From an uncultured bacterium (GTDB lineage: Bacteria > Verrucomicrobiota > Verrucomicrobiia > Limisphaerales > UBA8199): a stretch of DNA of 64,000 bases. Below are positions 49,051-59,343 of this stretch, one piece after another (within the stretch, counting starts at the first letter, position 1; every line of letters starts with the position of its first letter). The notes under the pieces were generated by a model that had not been told where the DNA came from, did no database searches, and was given only the letters and a program-made list of their open reading frames with translations. Location: the NCBI GenBank assembly GCA_963749495.1, contig CAVVMW010000006.1, positions 736,001 to 800,000 on the forward strand. Direction: 5' to 3'. The position numbers and the translations under genes were made by a program.

Positions 49051-49656
49051 ATGAACACCTACCCTCCCTCTTCTCAGCAATCTAAAGAACCAGGTCAGGC
49101 CATCGCTGAATTGACAGCACTGCCTTACCGCGCGTACCAGTCACCTTCAAGAAACGAGAACACCTTGATCATGCTGCCTCCCCTGCCTGACACATCCAAC
49201 TGGCCTCTTCCGAGACCAGTTCTATGTCCAGGTCCAGGTCCCCAACCACAAGAATCAAGGGCCATTGTCAGGATAACAAGCCCACCTCGAACTCAACCAG
49301 ATATTGAAGACCGCCTGATTACGGAGTTTCATGACCAAACCCAGCCTTGGCACATCGATCTTCCTCAACTCCTCATCAACCTCGGCCAAAAGCTGATCGA
49401 ACATGAGCAAGCTGACAAGTGGTTGACCATGCCCCAGGTTTCAGAGTTCTGCAGGCGATACCGGCTCAACTGGAAACACCAAACCACCAAGGCCAAGGAT
49501 CTTCAGCGGTACGGCATGGAGTATTTCGCAAACCACACAGATATTATGGGCGGTGGTGTCAAGGTGGAGTACAGAACCGAATGGAACGAGAACAAGACCC
49601 GCGAGATCCTGTTCCTCCAATTCCGCAAGCTCTATCCTGACGGAACCTGCAATTAA
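49051..49656 (+). CDS. Hypothetical protein
   Basis: 201 aa; C-terminal half resembles 34962..35345. Confidence 0.6.
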   Translation: MNTYPPSSQQSKEPGQAIAELTALPYRAYQSPSRNENTLIMLPPLPDTSNWPLPRPVLCPGPGPQPQESRAIVRITSPPRTQPDIEDRLITEFHDQTQPWHIDLPQLLINLGQKLIEHEQADKWLTMPQVSEFCRRYRLNWKHQTTKAKDLQRYGMEYFANHTDIMGGGVKVEYRTEWNENKTREILFLQFRKLYPDGTCN

Positions 49657-49672
49657 CCCTCAATCAACGAAT

Positions 49673-50206
49673 ATGAACATGATCCAATCGAACGTAATGG
49701 CCCACGACGCCATAATGACACCCCCACCAGCAGCCAAAGGCACGACCCCTCCAGAGCAGGCAGGGATCAATTCCGACCTTGAGTGCCGGATGGGAGTGCT
49801 TGAGCAGTTCCAGAACATCAGCGACCAACCACCTCAACTTCCAGATTGGATCGATGAAACCAGAAAGACCAGGGCCGAGAAGCGCCTGGATGCCAGCTTG
49901 AGGAGAATGGAAATCGAGCAAAAAGCACGACTATTGGCAGAAACTCAACAAAGAATCGCAGAAGCCCGGCGCAAGTTTGAATCCCGTGAAGGTCGCAATG
50001 ATGAGGAAATCCCCAGAGTTCCATCGAGCGTAGAAGACATGTTCCAGGCAATGAAGGCCAGGGAGGAACTGGTGGCCATGGAACGCGAGCAAAAGGAGGA
50101 ACTGCTGGCGAACACACTGGAATCGCTTGGGCGGCAGTTCGGAGACAATTGGCCGCTAACCCTCAACAACGCAGAGACCTCAAAGCAACCAAGAAGGAGC
50201 AATTAA
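49673..50206 (+). CDS. Hypothetical coiled-coil protein
   Basis: E/R/K-rich helical ORF. Confidence 0.55.
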   Translation: MNMIQSNVMAHDAIMTPPPAAKGTTPPEQAGINSDLECRMGVLEQFQNISDQPPQLPDWIDETRKTRAEKRLDASLRRMEIEQKARLLAETQQRIAEARRKFESREGRNDEEIPRVPSSVEDMFQAMKAREELVAMEREQKEELLANTLESLGRQFGDNWPLTLNNAETSKQPRRSN

Positions 50207-50210
50207 ATCC

Positions 50211-51217
50211 ATGAAGCCTGAATTGCGTACGCCAGCCCAAGCGAAGGAGTTGGAGACGGCCCGGAAGTTGTGGCGGGAGTCTGAGTGGCGTTTGGGGTTC
50301 CTGAGAACGGAAACCGGCACTACGACTCCCGAACCAAATGACGAGGAGATTTTGCAATGGTATCACCTACACCAGAAGTAATCCACGACCAGCTCAGCGC
50401 GGCCAGGTTGCAGCTCAAGAAGTGGCAACCTGACCCTTGGCCGCTCATGGATTATGCCATTGACCGGAAGCCAACCACGCCCTCCGAATGGTTCAGCAAG
50501 ATGTTTCCGGAGCAGAGCAGGATCTATGGCTGCGGATTCATCGAGTTGGTGGAGGATCGAGCTGACGGCCTGAGGAGAATGAACCCCCTGGCACAAAACC
50601 TCGACTTCCTGGCTTCCATTCTGGGTGGCGATGAAAAGATGGGGCACAAGGTCATTTATCTGGAGGGCGAGATGCAGTGGTACTATCTCGATCCAAAGGA
50701 CGGGCTCTTCAAACCCACGAGCGACGAGAAATTAGCCAATCTGCTTCGTGCCCTGCTGATCCGTTGCGCCGAAGAGCTACCAGATACCGTCCACAAGCTC
50801 AACCTCTTTCTGGAGTTCCGCTCTGACAAAACCATCCGGGCTGTAATTCACCGGGCCAAATCAATCCTCGCGGCCGACCACACCTTTTTCAGCGTCGACT
50901 CCAAGAACCAAAGGCAGAAGGGGCCGGAAATCCATGAGCGGCTGGCAAGGGTATTCGTTGAGCAGGTGTTGGAGAGGCAGCCAGGTGAGTTTTTGACTTT
51001 GAGCAACGCCTACCTGATTTTCACCGAGTTTCTGAAGTCGAAGAGCATGGTGCCGGTGAAGAGGACCGTATTCAAAGGGATGTTCTGTCCCTTGGTTCGT
51101 GAAACCTTCAATGTGGGCCTTCGACATGACATAATCAACCCAGAAACCCAGAAACAAGGGGACGGCTGGAAAGGGATCCGTGCCCTCCATCTTGAAGCCG
51201 GCGTGGTGGGTGCGTAA
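50211..51217 (+). CDS. Replication-related protein with D5-like C-terminal winged helix (frameshift near 50365)
   Basis: FVEQVL...LTLSNAY..F..F...F...GLRHD...GWKGI; RBS AAGGAG at 50194. Confidence 0.55.
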
Positions 51218-51440
51218 AATGCCCGCATTGTATAAACCCGCCGTCCCGATTACCCCGATGATCCACAAATCGCACGCATTAGTACCTGGGGGGCATTTGA
51301 ACGGGCCTGATTATGTGAACGTACCGGAAGGAGGTCAAAACGCTTCCTGGGGCATTTGGGTATCAATCAAGGGCAAATGTATAACAACGGCTTATCTTTA
51401 AGTTTCTCCGGCATCAAGACCCGAGCAGAGAGCCCGAACC

Positions 51441-51761
51441 GTGAACCTGTTGCTGGCGTCCGATTCACCTGCAGCTTTTGTCCGGTCTTGCCTAGTTGTG
51501 AGAAGGAATGCGGAGTTGGGGGTGGCCGAACTGTGCGCGCATTATCAAAGTTGGTGGCGTTTGAACAATGTCAGACCATTTTCATCGAGACCTTTTACGT
51601 TTCACGCGAAGGAGGAGATTGAAATTGGGATGGGATTGAAATTGAGACATGATTTGGAGGGCGGAAATGGTAAGGCGAGAAGAGGTTGGCGTGGATTGGC
51701 GCTGGTTGGGCATGATGAGGTCGAAAAAGTCGACAAAGGGTCCTCTGGGTCCGTAGCGTGA
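51441..51761 (+). CDS. Stand-alone paralogue of the preceding winged-helix domain
   Basis: FVRSCL...L.V.EL..HY...GLKLRHD...GWRGL. Confidence 0.5.
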   Translation: MNLLLASDSPAAFVRSCLVVRRNAELGVAELCAHYQSWWRLNNVRPFSSRPFTFHAKEEIEIGMGLKLRHDLEGGNGKARRGWRGLALVGHDEVEKVDKGSSGSVA

Positions 51762-51924
51762 ATCGGATGGGAGAAGATCACACACATTCGACTCCAAGGG
51801 ACTTTCCCGCGCTTCGCTCTCGAACCCCCGCCACGAAGGCAAGATGCGTCCTCGGTCATCGGGCAATCAAGGCGGGCCAAAGCACTAACACGGCTACGGC
51901 TTCCCCAATCACCAAGAAAGTGGT

Positions 51925-52359
51925 TCACTGCTCAAAAAGCCGATAAAACCGTTGCGGCACATTGGGCGCGGAATCCGTCACCGTTTTCGTTGTGCCGTCG
52001 CCCGCAACGCTGGGCAAGTTGTGCCAATTCAAAGCCTCAAGGGAATCGACATATTGCACCGTGTACGTTCTTCCCGGTTCCGTTTGGAACGAGACCAGAA
52101 AGCTGTTTCCGACTTTCATTGGGGCGAAAATGGTGGGCGCTGGCCAGATCCAAAAGCCGCCTTGAATGGAGAAGCGGCTGCCCCTTGGCGCGGCGGCAAG
52201 AGGCTGGGCGACGGTGCTGCCCAACTGAAACTGGCTGCCGGTGCTGAACGTTATGCCGCCACCAGCTATCACGCTCCGGGCGATGGTGAAGCGGCTGCCG
52301 CTTTGAGCAAGAGGAGTTCCCGAAAGCGAGATGACGAGAAGCAGGATCAACATTTTCAT
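51925..52359 (-). CDS. Secreted protein
   Basis: Signal peptide; SVIAGGG, IQGGFW and C-terminal RFYRL motifs. Confidence 0.7.
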   Translation of the reverse strand: MKMLILLLVISLSGTPLAQSGSRFTIARSVIAGGGITFSTGSQFQLGSTVAQPLAAAPRGSRFSIQGGFWIWPAPTIFAPMKVGNSFLVSFQTEPGRTYTVQYVDSLEALNWHNLPSVAGDGTTKTVTDSAPNVPQRFYRLFEQ

Positions 52360-52368
52360 GATCGCAAC

Positions 52369-53688
52369 CTAATAATAGACGACAACTCTGCCGTGCGCGC
52401 CGTAACCGGGGGGCAGGAGAACAAGAGGCACCTGCAACCCCTCCACATAATTATAATAGCCGCCAGCACCACCGCCGCCCGGCACGGTGCCATTCCCCGG
52501 AGGCGAGAAAGCAGCACCGTAGCCTAGAACATAATAGAGTGTTCCGCCCGCGCCGCCAAGGCCCCCGCACCCCGCCGCCCCACCATGGCTAACCGCCGGT
52601 TGAGGTAACGATGCTATGGGTGTGCCATCGCCGCCGGTTATGTTCAGAGTAGCATTAGTGCAGGAGCCTCCTATTCCTTGATAGGGTGTATAATGCCCGC
52701 CTTGGGCAATAATCAAACGGTCGAAACCACTATCGCCGCCAGAACCGTCCGGATTGCCGCCAGATCCAACAACAACCGAATGACTGGATCCGGGCGTGAC
52801 ATTGAGCACCTGTTTACCATACCCACCACCCCCGCCGCCGCCGCCGCCGGTCCCATTATTGGTATCGGCAGATATGCCACCACCGCCGCCGCCCCAAAGT
52901 TCGACAACGATCCTGGTTACGTTCGAGGGAACAATAAATTCGTTTGTTCCAGGAACATCAAACACTTGCATGTCAGGTACAGTTTTGGGAGGGGTTACAT
53001 TGGGGAGATCGCTAAGCATAGCAAAGTTGGTGCTGCTTAGACCGTCCAATAAAAATGCATTTCTTGCAGAAGCCACGGTGCCAGTAACTTTTGTTCCACT
53101 TACGCTAACAATTTTGGCATCGGTTACAGAGCTGTCCTGAATGTTTGCTGTCGCTACCGCATTGGTAGCAAGATTTGCGTTCGTGACTGCGCCATTGGCA
53201 AGTTGAAGTGTCGTCACGGCACCGCTCCGAATGTTCGCCGTGGCTACGGCGTTGTCGGCCAATTGAGCATTCATAATTGCGCCGTTTGTCACGGTTGCCG
53301 CAAGTGCCGCAAACTGGGCATACGGCGCTGGCAACACCTGCACGCGCGGCGCGAGCGTTTCGCTGTCGCTCCCGCTTTGCACTGTGATGTCCAGCCAACG
53401 CGCGCTGCCATTAAACGCACCCGCGCCAAAGTCAAGGTTCACGGAGAAAAGTCTGCCGGCGAGCGTCGAGGTGTCTGTAATGGCGGTGCCAATTTAACGT
53501 CCGCCGCTCGCGGCGTCGTAAAGTTTGAAGATTATCGTGTAAGTGCCGTTGGCGTTCGTGCCGCCGTCGCGGAGTTGGCCTTGGTAGGTGAAGGCCGTGG
53601 TGCCCTGGGCGAAGGTGGTTGAGGTGGAAAGGTTGAGGCCGGCGAACGCAAGCAGCGCGATCACTGCAATGGTGCTATTGGTTTTCAT
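52369..53688 (-). CDS. Secreted glycine-rich protein (frameshift near 53495)
   Basis: Signal peptide, FTYQGQL.DGG..ANG.Y, NGAVT repeats, WGGGGGG domain. Confidence 0.7.
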
Positions 53689-54215
53689 AAACGTTGGGTT
53701 CAGCTTAGGAGTTGCGGAAATAGCAGGGACATGGAGTCAGGCGCCAAACTTTGGCATAGAATGTGAAATCGTGAGCGCTCGATACATGCTCGCCCAACAC
53801 AGATCTCTCAATTCCCGCTGCCAATTTCATAACCCACTGGCCACCGAACAACACCGTGACCCAATCAGTCAACCCTCACGGCCCATCGGTGACTTCTGCT
53901 CGGTGACCACCCGACTTCACCACCAATCGAAGAACGTGTCGAGGAAAATGTTTTTCGCAGGTGTTCACGGGCGTGCGCATATCTCATGCCAACCAAGCCA
54001 ATGGATGTTCCAGCCGGTCCAGAAGCCCCAACCAAATGTCCCCAAAAACCCTGATGCCCCCGGTCGATCGATCCCGGTTCACGCCAACCAAACCCAGGTA
54101 AAGTTGATCGGCCCAGCCTCCCGGTTCAACTGATGACCATAGCCCAGGAGACGCCGACCTGGATGGAGAAGGCGTGAGAGATCCGACACGATATCTGCCA
54201 GGGTTCCCAAGGTCT

Positions 54216-54779
54216 TCACTGACCACGGGCGGAATATGGCGTTGCTCCGGCAGTCCCCCGTTGCTCCTTCACCTTCGCCAGCCTCTCGCGCCATTCCTCC
54301 TTGCATCGGCGCCCCAAGTCCAGATGCGTCAGCCCATTTACCACGCACCCAAATCCATATTTTCCAATGCCATAGATCCTCAACAATGCCGGCGCTCTCC
54401 AGCCCCATCTGTCGGCCGGGCCATCCAGGCACATGTCCATCAACTCCTGTAAACTCATCTGCTGCTTCCCGGTGCCCACGAAATGATCCAGCAATCTGTT
54501 CTTTGTCGCCCCATTCAACCCAATCGCATCAGCCAGGTCATTCACTGGCCACGGTTTCTCTGGGTCGTCTACAAGGCGAATTCCCTCCCGCAGCTTGGCA
54601 CGTCTTTCGGCCATGAACCTGTCGGCTGCGTCTCGCTGCTCAAGCTGTGAAATCCGATTTGGGGACAACCTGAACCGAAGCGCAACCTCTCGGCGCGGAA
54701 CTCCCTCCTTCCGCATCTGGAGGATTTGTCGGTTGCGCTCTGGAATTGGGATCATGGAAGAAATCCTCGCCGCCGTCAC
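54216..54779 (-). CDS. HTH-containing protein (paralogue of 55660..56340)
   Basis: RN.QI...R.EG....EVA; DD..K.W, SL..LMD, DLG.RC..EW..R. Confidence 0.65.
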   Translation of the reverse strand: MTAARISSMIPIPERNRQILQMRKEGVPRREVALRFRLSPNRISQLEQRDAADRFMAERRAKLREGIRLVDDPEKPWPVNDLADAIGLNGATKNRLLDHFVGTGKQQMSLQELMDMCLDGPADRWGWRAPALLRIYGIGKYGFGCVVNGLTHLDLGRRCKEEWRERLAKVKEQRGTAGATPYSARGQ

Positions 54780-55720
54780 AATTTGCGCTTCGGATCCGCA
54801 TGTGGCAGGGAGGCTGGGTCATCTGGGACTCCCGTGACCAGGATCATGTTGCCGGTATAGCCCGCGAAGGCCTGGTGAACGAACTCCAGCCAGTATCCCA
54901 GCCATTTGCCGTTCTTCAGATAGTTTCGTAGCGGATGGGCAGCACCAGATTCTGAAGACAAGCGGCGCTGAAGGAAGTCCTCCCATGTGCGGCGAGAGCT
55001 GTCCCTGAACACGTAGGGCGTGCTCATGGTCACTGACCGGCTGCGCCCTTCGACAAACGGAGGCAGCACTCGGACGTACCAGATCTCCCCCTTGCGACCT
55101 GCATACCCACTGCTGCTCCAGCATCGAACTTCCTGTTTGCCGGCGATGTCCCAGAGCTTCAACCCCTGGGCGTCAACATCCAGCACCTCGTAGAATGAAC
55201 AAAAGGAAGCGTTCAGCGCGACCATGGCCTTCTGAAGGTAATCGAATGTGCCCACGTGCTGGAGGTAGTGGGCGAACACCTCGCCGAGGGTCATTCCGGT
55301 GGAGTCGTCTCGCGCATCCAAAACCATCCACCCGGCGAAGAAGGCCGACGTGACCGGGCTCATCGGCGGGTAACTCGGCATGTACTCCTCCTGAATCTCG
55401 GCGATCAGGTTGTTGAATGGAATCAAATCCGGGAAGCCCAGAGCCTGGCCGGCGAATTCACTGGCCGTATTGAGAGCGGCGGCGTAGGCGTGGAAACTGG
55501 GGTCTCCGGGTTTGGTGTCGGCGTAGGTCCCCTCTTTAATGGACCTCAACAGCTCCAGGTCGGTTTCGCTCTCCTCGAATGTGAACCGCTCGCTGAGAAC
55601 CTCTCTCAGAAGCCGCTCGGCCCTTCGGTTTCGTCTGCTTTTTGGCTCTGGCATAAATGTCAGTTCGTTCCAGTTTCGGTCTGCGGCAAGGGCGTCGTCG
55701 TTCTCGGTCCTGTCAGCCAA
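54776..55720 (-). CDS. Hypothetical protein
   Basis: Long ORF translationally coupled within the operon. Confidence 0.65.
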   Translation of the reverse strand: MADRTENDDALAADRNWNELTFMPEPKSRRNRRAERLLREVLSERFTFEESETDLELLRSIKEGTYADTKPGDPSFHAYAAALNTASEFAGQALGFPDLIPFNNLIAEIQEEYMPSYPPMSPVTSAFFAGWMVLDARDDSTGMTLGEVFAHYLQHVGTFDYLQKAMVALNASFCSFYEVLDVDAQGLKLWDIAGKQEVRCWSSSGYAGRKGEIWYVRVLPPFVEGRSRSVTMSTPYVFRDSSRRTWEDFLQRRLSSESGAAHPLRNYLKNGKWLGYWLEFVHQAFAGYTGNMILVTGVPDDPASLPHADPKRKL

Positions 55721-56340
55721 AACGGAGGTTCACAGGGCTTCGACCATGTCTGATGCACCCCAGAGATCCGTGAAGACCGCCTCAGCCTCGCCATCCGCCT
55801 GCTCCATTCCCCATTACACCTTTCACCGAGATCCGATTCCGTCAACCCTCTGACCACCGACCAGAACCCTTCCAGCCCAATGCAGCAGATGTTGAGTAGG
55901 TGGGTAATCACGTAACCCGGTTTCGAATGCTTCTCCTCCGATATCGCCAGGTCCATCAGCCCTCGCAAAGAAACCTCCGGGACCTCTTCGCGCTCGAAAT
56001 GATTGATCAGGGCATTTTGGGTGATGGTTTTGAGCCGGAGAGCCTGGATGACGTAGCTCGCCTTCCATTTCTTGTCGAGGTCATCAGCCTTGCGAACGTT
56101 TTCCAGCAGTCGGCAACTCCTCAGGGAAAGGGCCTCCTCTGTTTCAAATTTGCGAACGATGCCCTCAACCGTTTCCTCCCACAAGTCCAGGACCTCGGCG
56201 ATTTCCCGAATGGACTCACCGGCCTCCCACATCGGGCGAATCCGGCTGTTCCGCTCCTGATATTCTTTCCTGGCTTTTTTCATGGCAGGTCCCAAGGGCA
56301 TCTCGTCGGTCTCGTCAGGGAACATCAGGACTTCGCTCAT
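55660..56340 (-). CDS. HTH-containing protein
   Basis: GESIREIAEVLDL.EETV..IV HTH. Confidence 0.65.
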   Translation of the reverse strand: MSEVLMFPDETDEMPLGPAMKKARKEYQERNSRIRPMWEAGESIREIAEVLDLWEETVEGIVRKFETEEALSLRSCRLLENVRKADDLDKKWKASYVIQALRLKTITQNALINHFEREEVPEVSLRGLMDLAISEEKHSKPGYVITHLLNICCIGLEGFWSVVRGLTESDLGERCNGEWSRRMARLRRSSRISGVHQTWSKPCEPPFWLTGPRTTTPLPQTETGTN

Positions 56341-56828
56341 TCCTTCGGCTCCTTCACCTCCAGCCTCGGTCTTCGGTGAATCTCTTCCTCTGGCGCAAAT
56401 TCAATCCGCATCCCCCAGCCTGCAAAAGTGCAGATCAGCTTGCCAAATTCGTGCCAGGTCAATTCCTTCCCATCAATCTCAATCACCGGCTCCCTCTCCC
56501 TGTCCTTTTCCACGTCGTCAACCACGCACCTGAGCACATCACCCCGAGGAGACCACTGATTGCAGGACGGGTGATATTTGATTTGAGGCGAGCCCAGGGG
56601 AGGTTCGATGGCCACGCATTTGTTGTTCCTGACCAGTTCAGCTTCGGCCTTGAGGATGTCGTTGTAGAGGTCGAGAATCTCCTGATCTGTCATCTCCTTC
56701 ATCCTGGGGCCGATTTGCAGGCTGGTTTCGCCAAAGGCCGGGTCCTTGTACTTGATGTGGGCGTGGATGTCGTCGCGGGTGATGGTGACTTCCTCAAGGC
56801 TGTAAACGATGGGGCGCGGTTTTCTCAT
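56337..56828 (-). CDS. Conserved-looking hypothetical protein
   Basis: 163 aa; QWSPRGDVLRC, IDGKELTW.EFG...FAGWGMRI. Confidence 0.65.
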   Translation of the reverse strand: MRKPRPIVYSLEEVTITRDDIHAHIKYKDPAFGETSLQIGPRMKEMTDQEILDLYNDILKAEAELVRNNKCVAIEPPLGSPQIKYHPSCNQWSPRGDVLRCVVDDVEKDREREPVIEIDGKELTWHEFGKLICTFAGWGMRIEFAPEEEIHRRPRLEVKEPKE

Positions 56829-56972
56829 TCAGGTCCTCTCTCGGTCGGCGGTCTTCATGTTGTGGTGTCGAGGGAGGAGCGTACACCATCCGCCTTCGAT
56901 GGACAACCAGATTCAGGACATTTTGGCCCTTGAATTCTCCACCGGCCGCACCAATAATTACCGGCAAGTATT

Positions 56973-57356
56973 ATGAGCACCAAAGATGAACATTTGTGGG
57001 ATGGGGAGGGAAATGAAGCGGGTGAAGCTTTTGATCTCAAATACGAGGAGTGGGAGCAGCGGGATTGGATGACCTGGCTGGCAGAGAATCTGGTCTTTCC
57101 CTTCAAGGCGACCCGAGAGGAGAATATGGATGACGCCGAACTCCAAGAGGGTGCCGCCGGAGACCTCTTCGAAGTGGGCCACGCCATGCAGGTTCTGGGC
57201 CTGGAAGACGAAGACGAAATGAAGGGCATCATCGTGGAGGCCAAGGAGAAGGGGCAAATCGGTCACCTTCCCCTGGCGGATCTGGAGGTGAAGCCAAAGA
57301 CCGACAAGAATTACTGGCCGGTCAGGGAGTACGTTGTCTGGTTTGCGAATCGGTGA
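56973..57356 (+). CDS. CcbP-like calcium-binding family protein
   Basis: L.FPFKA...PLADLE...N...V..Y..WF; acidic. Confidence 0.65.
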   Translation: MSTKDEHLWDGEGNEAGEAFDLKYEEWEQRDWMTWLAENLVFPFKATREENMDDAELQEGAAGDLFEVGHAMQVLGLEDEDEMKGIIVEAKEKGQIGHLPLADLEVKPKTDKNYWPVREYVVWFANR

Positions 57357-57418
57357 GATCCAAGAAAGCAGCAAAAGGGCAAATGACGTTCGAACTGAAT
57401 CGAGAACTCTAAGGTTTT

Positions 57419-57763
57419 ATGCCACGCAGAAAACCATCCAAGTCCCCGTATGAGAGCTTCTCCGTCAGCCAACTCAAGGGAATCAGCTTTCGCTTCGAGG
57501 ACGACGTTTACGAGTACGCCTGGTTGTTGCTGAGGCTTGACGACGCCAAAGGGAAAGGCACCAATTCAACTCACCGCCACACCCTCTATGGTCTTGCCCG
57601 TCACTATGCATCGTTGGCAGATCTACCGGAATCTCAGGTCTTGGCGGAGTTCGAGCGTCGCAAACTGCCCTTGCGAGCCTGTGTGGACTTCGATTCCAAG
57701 TCGGCGCCCGCAATCAATCAACCAGCTCAATCTCCTGATGAACCAGGCGCCGAAAAGCGGTGA
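57419..57763 (+). CDS. Hypothetical protein
   Basis: 114 aa co-oriented ORF. Confidence 0.5.
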   Translation: MPRRKPSKSPYESFSVSQLKGISFRFEDDVYEYAWLLLRLDDAKGKGTNSTHRHTLYGLARHYASLADLPESQVLAEFERRKLPLRACVDFDSKSAPAINQPAQSPDEPGAEKR

Positions 57764-57912
57764 TCCAGTACTACGCCACCGCCCTCACCACCGCCCACAT
57801 ACATCGGAGATCTTGCACTTCAACCGGGCACAACTCTGCTCCAAGGTCTTCGGCGTCCTTGCATTCCCATCTGCAAATGTGTATCGAGGGTGGGTTCAGC
57901 AGCAGAACAATT

Positions 57913-58446
57913 ATGTCGGCAAAAACCAGGTCAAGTAGAGAAGGTGCAGGAGGCAGGCAGAGGTCCGGCCCACACAGGGTTCGCCTGTACCAGCTGGAGG
58001 TCTTTCTCATCAGCGGCCCCGTCAGCCCAAAATTCGCCGACCGTGTGATATCCCGCACGATTCTGATCCGTGGTGACCAGACCTTGGAAGACCTCCACCA
58101 CGCGATCTTCGAGGCATACGCCCGCTGGGAAGAGCACGGTTACGAGTTTCAATTCGGCAAGGGACCAATGGACCCGAAAGGGTTAACTTATGTGCTCCCC
58201 ACGGCCTTTGAGGTGGGACTGAGCAAAGGGAAGCGGCCAGCCGGACTGGTGGACCTGACGATAATCGAGTCGTTGGGGCTGGAGGTGGGGCGCAGCTTCG
58301 GTTACTGGTTCGATTTCGGAGACGACTGGTGGCACCAGATCAATGTCAAGGAAATCAAAGACACCGTACCGAGAGGCCACTATCCCAGAATCATTAAGGG
58401 GCAAGGTGAAAACCCACCGCAATACCAAGAGGAAGAGGAGACGTAA
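57913..58446 (+). CDS. Plasmid pRiA4b ORF-3 family protein
   Basis: YQL.V.L, R.I.....TL.DLH.AI, H.YEF, F.YWFDFGDDW.H.I. Confidence 0.85.
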   Translation: MSAKTRSSREGAGGRQRSGPHRVRLYQLEVFLISGPVSPKFADRVISRTILIRGDQTLEDLHHAIFEAYARWEEHGYEFQFGKGPMDPKGLTYVLPTAFEVGLSKGKRPAGLVDLTIIESLGLEVGRSFGYWFDFGDDWWHQINVKEIKDTVPRGHYPRIIKGQGENPPQYQEEEET

Positions 58447-58508
58447 ATGATGGCGAGCGAATGCGTGGGCGACAAATCCTTGTTCAAGGCAAAAAGGCGA
58501 ACGTGATT

Positions 58509-58868
58509 ATGAAACCACAGAAGATTTCTGAGATGGTCCTTGATTTCGCCGGTGATTACCTGAGATTGGGTGAAACACCGGACAACAGGCGGAACCTTTT
58601 GAGATCGGCTTGCACGGCGTGGAACATTGCCTGCGCCTCCGAAGAAGGCAGGAAGGAATTGTTGGACCAATTCCTGGCTAATTACCGGAGGCTGAATCCT
58701 GCCGCGGATGTCGAAGAATGCCGCGGTGTGCGCCAGGACATGGAGTTGTTGATCCAGGAGAAGCTCAAGAAATACCGCACCGTCATCATCCAAATCGTCG
58801 ACTGTGAACTGACCGTGGTTGATGGAAAGGACCACATTCTCGTCGCGTCTTTCAGACCAAGCCGATGA
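58509..58868 (+). CDS. Hypothetical protein
   Basis: KISEMVLDFA...AWNIA...K.K.Y....I.D pattern. Confidence 0.6.
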   Translation: MKPQKISEMVLDFAGDYLRLGETPDNRRNLLRSACTAWNIACASEEGRKELLDQFLANYRRLNPAADVEECRGVRQDMELLIQEKLKKYRTVIIQIVDCELTVVDGKDHILVASFRPSR

Positions 58869-58938
58869 TCATGTGAACTGTCCATGGCCCTTTCGCAAAT
58901 GCCGACATTGTTGAATTGGGATTGGTTTTTGAGGTTTT

Positions 58939-59343
58939 ATGGGCAAGGCGGTTAATCTCGATAAACTGAAAGACGACATGAAGCGTTGGCCAAAATCGTG
59001 GGCTGGCTTTGACTCCGACATTCCGATGGGCAGGGAGATCGTGAAGACCATGCAGCCCTTTATATTGGCGATGGTGGAGGATCATCTTGCGCACACCACC
59101 ATCAACCGGCACATGGGCAATCTCTGGCTTTTGGGCGGCGGGGTTATTGCGCGGGTCCAAACAGATCCCGAACTGAAGGAGTTGACTGGCGAGAAGTTGA
59201 TCCTGCGATTTCTGAATGAGGAGGGCGGCCCATATTCCAAACACCTCGACACTGAAGAAGAGCAAAAAGCATTCGACGCCACTTGCAAGAGGCTCTACCG
59301 GCTCCTGAGCCAAAGGCGGCCACGGAGAACCCCGCGTAACTAA
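58939..59343 (+). CDS. Hypothetical protein
   Basis: 134 aa with GAGG RBS. Confidence 0.6.
   Translation: MGKAVNLDKLKDDMKRWPKSWAGFDSDIPMGREIVKTMQPFILAMVEDHLAHTTINRHMGNLWLLGGGVIARVQTDPELKELTGEKLILRFLNEEGGPYSKHLDTEEEQKAFDATCKRLYRLLSQRRPRRTPRN

Noticed and set aside
9104..53688. Multiple frameshifts as programmed recoding
   Set aside because: Scattered over unrelated genes without evident slippery sites; assembly indels or decay are more likely.
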